From NCBI GenBank assembly GCA_047602405.1, contig JASGHJ010000001.1, positions 768,001-832,000 of the forward strand: a DNA stretch of 64,000 nucleotides, in the 5' to 3' direction. The DNA comes from Anaeromyxobacteraceae bacterium. Lineage in GTDB: Bacteria; Myxococcota; Myxococcia; Myxococcales; Anaeromyxobacteraceae. How positions within the stretch are numbered: the stretch's first letter is position 1; each line of letters begins with the position of its first letter. Position numbers and translations under genes: made by a program. A model generated the notes under the pieces. It ran no database searches. It saw only the letters and a program-made list of their open reading frames with translations, and was not told the origin of the DNA. Of this stretch, positions 57,291 through 64,000 are shown piece by piece.

Positions 57291-58521
57291 CGGAGCCGGC
57301 CCGCTCCGCCGGGAGGCGCACCGTGAAGACGGCGCCGCTCCCCGGCGGGCTCGCGGCGGTGATCGTCCCGCCGTGGGCGGTGACGATGTCGCGGCAGATC
57401 GCGAGCCCGAGGCCCGTCCCGACGCCGGCGGGCTTCGTCGTGAAGAACGGCTCGAAGAGGCGCTCGAGGTGCTCGGGGCTGATGCCGCTCCCGCTGTCCG
57501 CGACGGAGAGCTCCACCCAGCCGTCCGCCGCGCGCGCCGTGAGCCGGATGGTCTGGGCCGCCGCCGGCTTCCCCTCGGGGATCGCCTGCGCGGCGTTCAC
57601 GACCAGGTTGACGAACACCTGCACGAGCCGCGGGCCGCTCGCGCGCACCGGCGGGACCTCGGCGTAGTCCTTCACGATGGTGGCCCTGCGCCGCGTCTCC
57701 GGGCCCGCGACCGCCACGGCCTGGTCGAGGATGCTCCGCGGGTCCACGGCCCGCCGCTCGCCCGGGTCGGCGCGGGAGAACGCCCTCAGGTCGTTCGCGA
57801 TGCTCCGGACCCGGCCGGCGCCCTCGGTCGCGTCCGTGATCGCCTGGCGCGCCTCGGCGACGAACGCGCGCACCGCGTCGGCCGGCGCGCGCCCCTCCGC
57901 GACGGAGGCCTCGAGCCCGCCGAGGTCCTCGGCGAGCAGCTCCAGGTTCGTGAGCACGTAGGTCAGCGGGTTGTTGATCTCGTGCGCGACGCCCGCCGCG
58001 AGCGTGCCGAGCGCGATCATGCGGTCCGCGGTGGAGACCCGGGCGAGGAGCTGCTCGCGCTCGGTGACGTCGCGCGCCACCACCACCGCGTGGTCCGCGC
58101 CGTCGACGTGCCGGGCCGCGAGCGTCACCTCCGCCGGGAAGGTCGTCCCGTCCGCGCGGGCCATGCGCACCTGCAGGCTCACGGGGTCGCCGTCCGGGCG
58201 CAGCCGCGCGAGCGCCTCGGCGACCGCGGCGTGGCCAGGCCGGGTGAAGGCCGCGCGCAGCCCCGCCGCGAGCACCGCCTCGCGCGGCGCCCCGAGCTGC
58301 CTGCACGCGGAGGCGTTCACGTCGACGAGCGCACCACCGCGCAGCGCGACGAGGAAGATGCCCTCGGAGCCGCCGTCGAGCAGCGCCCGGAACCGCTGCA
58401 GCTCGGCGAGCCGCTCCTGCAGCGCGGGGTAGTAGCTCTTGCGGGCGGAGCGCTCCCCGAGGCCGGCGAGGTGCCGGCGCACCTCCTCGCGCGCGGCGGG
58501 ATCGTCAAAACGCCGCTTCAA
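57280..58521 (-). CDS. PAS histidine kinase, ErcS-like
   Basis: N-terminal GLGERSARKSYYPALQERL, PAS, AHEINNPL, FFTTK; overlaps the end of the Fe-ADH gene. Confidence 0.88.
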   Translation of the reverse strand: MKRRFDDPAAREEVRRHLAGLGERSARKSYYPALQERLAELQRFRALLDGGSEGIFLVALRGGALVDVNASACRQLGAPREAVLAAGLRAAFTRPGHAAVAEALARLRPDGDPVSLQVRMARADGTTFPAEVTLAARHVDGADHAVVVARDVTEREQLLARVSTADRMIALGTLAAGVAHEINNPLTYVLTNLELLAEDLGGLEASVAEGRAPADAVRAFVAEARQAITDATEGAGRVRSIANDLRAFSRADPGERRAVDPRSILDQAVAVAGPETRRRATIVKDYAEVPPVRASGPRLVQVFVNLVVNAAQAIPEGKPAAAQTIRLTARAADGWVELSVADSGSGISPEHLERLFEPFFTTKPAGVGTGLGLAICRDIVTAHGGTITAASPPGSGAVFTVRLPAERAGSASP

Positions 58522-59665
58522 GCAGGGCCTCCAGCTCGCCGGGCGCCGGGCAGCGCGGGTTGGTGGCCATGCAGGGGTCCTCGAGCGCGGTCGCGGCGAG
58601 GGCCGGGAGCGAGGCCCGCCCGACCCCGAGCGCGCCGAGGCCGCGGGCCGTGCCCAGGCGGGCGAGGAACTCCGCGAGCGCCCCGGCGACCCGCTCGCCG
58701 AGCTCGGCCTCGGGGCAGCCCGCGAGGTCGAGCCCGAGCGCGACGCCGAGCTGCCGGGTGGGCCCGGGGGCGGCCGCGGCGTTGTAGCGGACCACGTGCG
58801 GGAGGAGGACCGCGTTGTACTCGCCGTGAACGCCGTCCCAGCGCCCGCCGAGGGCGTGCGCGAGCGCGTGTCCGGCGCCGAGGCTCGCGTTCGAGAAGGC
58901 GAGGCCTGCGAGCAGGCTCGCCTCCATCGTGGCGCTGCGCTCCTCGAGCTCGCCCGGGCGCTCGAGGGCGCGCGGGAGGTGCGTCGCCGAGAGGCGGATC
59001 GCCTGCTCGGCGAAGGTGGTGGTGAGGGGCGAGGCCCCGGTGGAGAAGAGCGCCTCCACGGCGTGCGAGAGCGCGTCGACCCCGGACGCGAAGGTGAGGG
59101 CCGCCGGCTGCGTGAGGAGCGGCACGGGATCGAGGAGGGAGACGTCCGGCACGAGCGCCTTCGAGACGAGCGGCAGCTTCGTCCGGGTGCGCTCGTCGTT
59201 GATGATGGCGAACTGCGAGACGTCGGCGGCGCTGCCGGCGGTGGTCGGCACGCACACGAGCGGGGGGATGGGGCACTCGAGCTGGTCGAACCCCTCGAAG
59301 GAGAGCACGTCGCCGCCGTTGGAGGCGACGATGCCGATCCCCTTCGCGCAGTCGATGACGCTCCCGCCGCCGACCGCCACGATCACGTTGCAGCCGTCCG
59401 CCGCGTAGCGAGCGGCGCCCGCCTCGGACTGGGAGGCGCGCGGGTTGGGCGAGACCCCGTCGAAGCGCGCGCGCTCGAGCCCCGCCTCGGCGAGCGAGCG
59501 CTCGACCTCGTCGGCCCACCCCGCGGCCTCGACGCCGGGGTCGGTGACGAGGAGCACCCGGCGCGCGCCGAGGTTCGCGGCGGTCCGGCCGGTGAGGCGC
59601 AGCGCGCCCTCCCCGGAGAGGATCTCGGGGGCGACGAACCGGGAGAGGGTCTGCGAGGCGGTCAT
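58505..59665 (-). CDS. Iron-containing alcohol dehydrogenase, ErcA-like
   Basis: RFVAPEI, SPNPR, GGGSVIDCAKG, PTTAGS, DALSHAVE, HALAHALGG, HG. Confidence 0.88.
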   Translation of the reverse strand: MTASQTLSRFVAPEILSGEGALRLTGRTAANLGARRVLLVTDPGVEAAGWADEVERSLAEAGLERARFDGVSPNPRASQSEAGAARYAADGCNVIVAVGGGSVIDCAKGIGIVASNGGDVLSFEGFDQLECPIPPLVCVPTTAGSAADVSQFAIINDERTRTKLPLVSKALVPDVSLLDPVPLLTQPAALTFASGVDALSHAVEALFSTGASPLTTTFAEQAIRLSATHLPRALERPGELEERSATMEASLLAGLAFSNASLGAGHALAHALGGRWDGVHGEYNAVLLPHVVRYNAAAAPGPTRQLGVALGLDLAGCPEAELGERVAGALAEFLARLGTARGLGALGVGRASLPALAATALEDPCMATNPRCPAPGELEALLEAAF

Positions 59666-59827
59666 GCGCTCGGCAGCGGCGGGCCACACCGAGTCTAGCG
59701 CGCCCGTCACGTGCCGGACACGGGCTTCCGGTGAAAGACCGGCCTCGACTCCCGGTCCGGATCCGGGCCCCGGCACGCCTCCGCGCAGGCGGGCAAGTCC
59801 GCGGGCCCACCGCTAGAATTCCGGTCC

Positions 59828-60532
59828 ATGTCGACCTCGTCCACCACCGACCCGCGGACGCTCCCCGAGCCCCCGGACCTCGGGCTCGTGCTGTTCGCGA
59901 TGATCGCCCGGCCGCGAATCGCGGCGGGGAACGCGCTCGTGGTCGAGGAGGCCGCCGGGGCCCCGCAGCTCTCGTTCGCGACGTTCCGGGCCGACGGCGA
60001 CGTGGTCGCGCTGCTCGGCCCGGTGGGCGCGGGAGAGGTCGGCGGCTCCGAGTACCTGGCGCTCCTCGCGGACGGGCTCGCCCAGGAGGGCGAGGCGGCG
60101 GGCGGCCTCGGCGAGAAGCCCGCGGCGGATCCGGCGCGGGAGAAGGCCGTGCAGCTCGCGGTGCACCGTGCGGTCGGAGACGGGCTGCTCTCGTCGGCGC
60201 ACGCGTGCTCGGCGGGCGGGCTCGGCGTCGCGCTCGCGGCGTGCGCGACGGAGCGGGGTGCGGCGCTGCGGATCCCGTTCGTGGCGCGCAAGGACCACGT
60301 GCTCTTCGGCGAGGAGCCGGGCCGCATCCTGGTGTCGTTCCCGCGCGCGAACCTCGACCGGGTGGGCCTCGTCGCCAAGCTCGCGGGCGTGCCGCTCGTG
60401 GTGCTAGGCGCCGTGGGCGGCCCCGCGCTCGAGATCCAGAGCGCACTGTCGGTCCAGGTGGCGGAGCTGGCGGAGGCCTGGCGCGAGGCCGTCCGTCGGA
60501 GGGATGTGGGAGACGCTGCGCAGCCGGGTTGA
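59828..60532 (+). CDS. Stand-alone PurL C-terminal (AIRS_C-like) domain protein
   Basis: GDVVALLG...GGSEYL...EKAVQ...SSAHACSAGGLGVALA...LFGEEPGRILVS. Confidence 0.75.
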   Translation: MSTSSTTDPRTLPEPPDLGLVLFAMIARPRIAAGNALVVEEAAGAPQLSFATFRADGDVVALLGPVGAGEVGGSEYLALLADGLAQEGEAAGGLGEKPAADPAREKAVQLAVHRAVGDGLLSSAHACSAGGLGVALAACATERGAALRIPFVARKDHVLFGEEPGRILVSFPRANLDRVGLVAKLAGVPLVVLGAVGGPALEIQSALSVQVAELAEAWREAVRRRDVGDAAQPG

Positions 60533-60564
60533 CCCGCGGGGAACGGTGATAAGCTCCCCGGGGC

Positions 60565-62079
60565 GTGACGCCCGTCGAGCTCTCATGCACCTTCGGCCGT
60601 GCCACCGGTGAGCGGCTGCTCGCCGTGGAGCGGCTCGTGCTCGCGCTCCCCCACCTGTTCAAGGGCCACCTCCTCGAGGTGGACCTCGCGTACCGCGCGC
60701 CGGTGCGGTTCCTCGTGCTCGTCGCGCGCTTCGCGTCCCTGAACGGCCTCGTGCCGCCCTCGACGCGCGACCGGCTCTCCTTCTGGGCGGCCCGCGCCGG
60801 CGGGCGGACCATCGTCATGTCGGCGATGGACGCGGCGGAGGCCGAGGCGTTCCGCACGAACCGCGACGCCTGCGAGTTCCGCGCGGACCACGTGCTGCCC
60901 GGCGCGCTCTTCGAGGTCTCCGACAAGCTCTTCGAGGACGCCGGGGCGCCGAAGGACCGCAAGCGCAGCGTCGTCGAGGTGCCGCGCCTGGCGATGGACG
61001 CGACCGGCCCGGGCTGGAACGCGCTCACCTACACGCCCGACGCGCACGAGCTGTTCATGGCGGCGCCGCTCTCGCCGCCGGTCGGGGACGTGCTGAACCT
61101 CTCCGTCCGCGTGCCCGGCGCGGACCTGCCGCTCGCCGGCACCGCCACCGTGCTCGCGGTGCGCAAGCCCGAGGAGGCGACGCCCGGCCACCCCGCCGGC
61201 TTCGCGATGCAGGTCGCCGGGCAGGGCACCGCGCTGCACGACGCGCTCGCCTCCTACGCCGCGCCGCGGCCCGGCGACGAGGCGCGCGTGGCGCCGCGGT
61301 TCACGATCCACGCGCCGGTCGAGATCGTCACCGACGACCTGGACGATCCCCTGCCGGTGCCGGTGGACCCGGAGGACCGGGCGCCGCGCGGCGCGGCCCC
61401 GGGCGCGGGTCACGGCCACGAGGAGGCCACCATCGCGTACGCGACGGAGCAGGACCTCCACCAGGACTTCCTCGAGAACCTCTCGCACGGCGGCGCGTTC
61501 GTGCGGCGGAAGCTCCCGCCGCCGGTGGGCACGCCGGTGCGGCTCAAGCTCGCGCTCCCGAGCGGCCTCGACCTCGACGCGCGCGCGGTCGTCGCGTTCG
61601 TGAAGCCCGGCGGCATGGGCCTCAAGTTCGACCTCGACGCCGAGACCCAGGAGCTGCTCTCCGGCGCCATCGCGCAGATCTCCGGCCGCCCGCGCCGCGC
61701 GCTCGTCGTCGACGACGACCTCCTCATCTGCCACATGATCTCGGACGCCCTGATGGAGAAGGGCTACGAGGTCCTCACCGCGGCCGACGGCAACGACGGC
61801 CTGCGGGTGGTGTCGGAGGAGCTGCTCGCGCTCGATCTGCTCGTGACCGACGTCCTCATGCCCGGCATGGACGGCGTCGAGTTCGTTCGCACGATCCGCA
61901 AGGCCGGCGGCGAGTCGGACCTCGTGATCGTCGCGATCACCGGGCGGTTCGACGCCACGACCGAGGCGAAGCTCGAGGCCGCCGGCGCAGACGCCGTGCT
62001 CGACAAGGGCCTCGGCGCGGAGCTCGTCGCGAAGGCGGCCGACGCGGTCCTCGACCGCAAGCGCAAGGGCGTCGGGTAG
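60565..62079 (+). CDS. PilZ-like domains + C-terminal receiver domain
   Basis: RVAPRF, ENLSHGGAFV, GMGLKF; REC ALVVDDD...DVLMPGMDG. Confidence 0.85.
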   Translation: MTPVELSCTFGRATGERLLAVERLVLALPHLFKGHLLEVDLAYRAPVRFLVLVARFASLNGLVPPSTRDRLSFWAARAGGRTIVMSAMDAAEAEAFRTNRDACEFRADHVLPGALFEVSDKLFEDAGAPKDRKRSVVEVPRLAMDATGPGWNALTYTPDAHELFMAAPLSPPVGDVLNLSVRVPGADLPLAGTATVLAVRKPEEATPGHPAGFAMQVAGQGTALHDALASYAAPRPGDEARVAPRFTIHAPVEIVTDDLDDPLPVPVDPEDRAPRGAAPGAGHGHEEATIAYATEQDLHQDFLENLSHGGAFVRRKLPPPVGTPVRLKLALPSGLDLDARAVVAFVKPGGMGLKFDLDAETQELLSGAIAQISGRPRRALVVDDDLLICHMISDALMEKGYEVLTAADGNDGLRVVSEELLALDLLVTDVLMPGMDGVEFVRTIRKAGGESDLVIVAITGRFDATTEAKLEAAGADAVLDKGLGAELVAKAADAVLDRKRKGVG

Positions 62080-62111
62080 CGCGGGCGGACCGCCCTCGAG
62101 GAGCCCCGCGG

Positions 62112-63947
62112 CTACTTGCAGGCGAGCGCGATGTCGATCGTGCCCGTGGTGGTCTGCCCGCCGTCGTTCGCCGAGACCCCAAGCGAGACCGAGGTGCTCA
62201 TGGCACCGCAGGTGGTCTGGATCGGCGCCGAGAAGGTGGCCACGCAGTCCGCGCCGGTGCAGAGGAGCGAGCCGGGCGCCGCCGAGGCGGAGCCCGCCGA
62301 GAAGGTGACGAGCATCGGGTCGCCGTCGGGGTCGGTGAGCCAGGTGCCGCCGCTCCCGAGCGTCATCGCCGCGAACGTCCGCTCGCGCGCGATGCACCCG
62401 CCCACGTCGAAGTCGCAGCAGATGGGGGTGAGCGTGCAGGTGGTCGCGGTCGAGAAGGTCGCGGGGACGAGCGTGGGCGCGTGGTCGAGGACGGTGACCT
62501 CGGGCGCGCTCGTGCTCGCGGTCTCCCACGGATCGCGGGCCGAGTGCTGCACGGGCCAGGTCCCGGCGATGAGGGCGGCGGCCGGGACGCCGGTGTAGGG
62601 GACGGAGCAGGTGGCCGTCATGAGCGCACCGACGAGCGCGACCCTCGAGCACGGGCCGCTGACGACGCCGGGCACGGCCTCGAGCGGGTCTCCGTCCGGG
62701 TCGGCCCAGCTCGAGACGTGCGCCGTCGCGAGGTAGGCCTGCTGCGCGGCCGAGAAGGTGTGCTCGACCACGGTGTCCGCCACGAACTTGTCGTCGCGGA
62801 CGGGCGGCCGGTTCGTCACGACGAGGTCCCAGTGGCCCTTGGCGCTCGCGCCGTTGACGTCGGTGGCGGTGAGCTCCACGTCACGGGCGAGTCCCGGCGC
62901 GCCGATGAGGGACATGCCGGAGCTCATCCCCGCGAACGGGACCTTCACCTGATAGGTGACCTTGCCGGCCGCCTCGCTCGCCGTGAACGTGGCGCCGGCG
63001 CCCGCGTTCAGCTGGTGAGTCGTGACGGCGCGGGTGACCGGGTCGCCATCCGGATCGGTCACGGTGACCTGGAAGTCGCCTCTGGCCTCGAAGGCCTGGG
63101 TGGCCGAGGAGAACGTGTGCGGGACCGGCCCGAGCAGGCCCGACACGACCGGCACCTGGTTTCCGATGCTGATCCGCGTCGAGTCCGCGCCGACGACGCC
63201 GAACTCGTCGGAGGCCTCGACGCGGAACACCCAGTCGCCCGACATCGCGAGGCCGTCGGTCTCGATCCGGACGGCCGGGGTCGCGACGTTCGCGTTCGGG
63301 AGGAAGAAGACGCGCCGGCCAGGGACGAGGTCGAGCCCCGGCGGCGGCTGCGCGGTCCAGTGGTAGGAGGCCGAGCCGGGGCCGGTCGCCTGAAGCGGCA
63401 TCGTCTCGGACTTCGAGTAGTGGCAGAGCAGCGGATCGCCGTCGCATCGGTGCCCGGTCGCGGTGTCGGACCCGGCCGACACGAGCCGGGTCCCCGAGGA
63501 CGCCCCGACGTCCACCCCCAGCGTCGCCGGCGCGCTCTCCGCGCCCATCCCGTCGACGGCCACGAGGCTCACCTCGTACGAGCCGGCGCAGCCGAACCGC
63601 ACCTTCGCCGTCGCGAGCGTGCCCGCGATGACCGGCGCCTCGCAGGGCGCGGCCTTCGCGGCGACCGTCCACCGGTAGCTCGCGATCGCGTCGTCGGGCG
63701 CGTCAGGATCGCCGCTGCCCTCGCCGGACAGGGTGAGGAGCTCGAACTCGGTCGCCGGACTCGCGAGCGGGGCGATGGCCGCGACCGGCGCGGAGTTCGT
63801 GACGCAGACGTCCGCGCGGCAGCGGGCGTCCGCGGGGCAGTCGCTCGGGCCCTTGCAGGTGCGCGCGCCGTCCCTCCCGGAGCAGCCGGCAAGGGCGAGG
63901 CACGCGGCGATCGCCCCCGCGACGAGGCATGAGGTCAGGCGGTACAT
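62112..63947 (-). CDS. Large Cys-containing lipoprotein with PKD/Ig-like repeats
   Basis: Lipobox LAGC, Cys-rich N-terminal knot, SGDPD/YRWT PKD motif, three DPDGDP repeats. Confidence 0.82.
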   Translation of the reverse strand: MYRLTSCLVAGAIAACLALAGCSGRDGARTCKGPSDCPADARCRADVCVTNSAPVAAIAPLASPATEFELLTLSGEGSGDPDAPDDAIASYRWTVAAKAAPCEAPVIAGTLATAKVRFGCAGSYEVSLVAVDGMGAESAPATLGVDVGASSGTRLVSAGSDTATGHRCDGDPLLCHYSKSETMPLQATGPGSASYHWTAQPPPGLDLVPGRRVFFLPNANVATPAVRIETDGLAMSGDWVFRVEASDEFGVVGADSTRISIGNQVPVVSGLLGPVPHTFSSATQAFEARGDFQVTVTDPDGDPVTRAVTTHQLNAGAGATFTASEAAGKVTYQVKVPFAGMSSGMSLIGAPGLARDVELTATDVNGASAKGHWDLVVTNRPPVRDDKFVADTVVEHTFSAAQQAYLATAHVSSWADPDGDPLEAVPGVVSGPCSRVALVGALMTATCSVPYTGVPAAALIAGTWPVQHSARDPWETASTSAPEVTVLDHAPTLVPATFSTATTCTLTPICCDFDVGGCIARERTFAAMTLGSGGTWLTDPDGDPMLVTFSAGSASAAPGSLLCTGADCVATFSAPIQTTCGAMSTSVSLGVSANDGGQTTTGTIDIALACK

Positions 63948-64000
63948 GGGGTCCCTCGCGATCCTTACTGAAGGTGGAGCCGTCCTCGCAACGGCCTCCC

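Overview
This is a very GC-rich, gene-dense bacterial window of about 60 genes; gene content suggests an Anaeromyxobacter/Myxococcota-like organism (inference). Main blocks: (1) a sigma54-controlled polyamine/GABA catabolic locus (gabD, PAS-AAA+ activator, class-III aminotransferase, patA); (2) housekeeping and exported proteins (Nudix-MBL fusion, M24 peptidase, pyk, GAF/HD-GYP, MPG glycosylase, RlmN-like radical SAM); (3) a Fur/PerR-rubrerythrin-DUF3501 peroxide module with a perfect palindromic operator; (4) a PhnCDE-type ABC importer; (5) an ECF sigma/anti-sigma/DUF3106/beta-barrel operon; (6) Pit/DUF47, several histidine kinases, HPF, AlaX, GST/LysR, an SF1 helicase, a Phd-PIN toxin-antitoxin pair, DUF885, a Cys-rich PAS chemoreceptor and an ErcA/ErcS-like pair. 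The best novelty candidate is the ABC importer. Its ATPase is fused to a LysR-type effector-binding domain, its binding protein resembles the putative selenate-binding family, and that gene is preceded by a tiny SD-led uORF ending in UGA followed by a SECIS-like hairpin, which suggests a selenium-sensing uptake system (hypothesis). Other observations: about 11 copies of a REP-like palindrome family with covarying GNA-triloop hairpins, some nested; a 13-bp minisatellite between two of them; many apparently leaderless genes; and at least 8 single-base frameshifts, 5 of them GATC->GAATC, probably a sequencing footprint of DNA modification. No rRNA, tRNA, CRISPR array or transposase was recognised. 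All family calls come from motif recognition by eye, not database searches.
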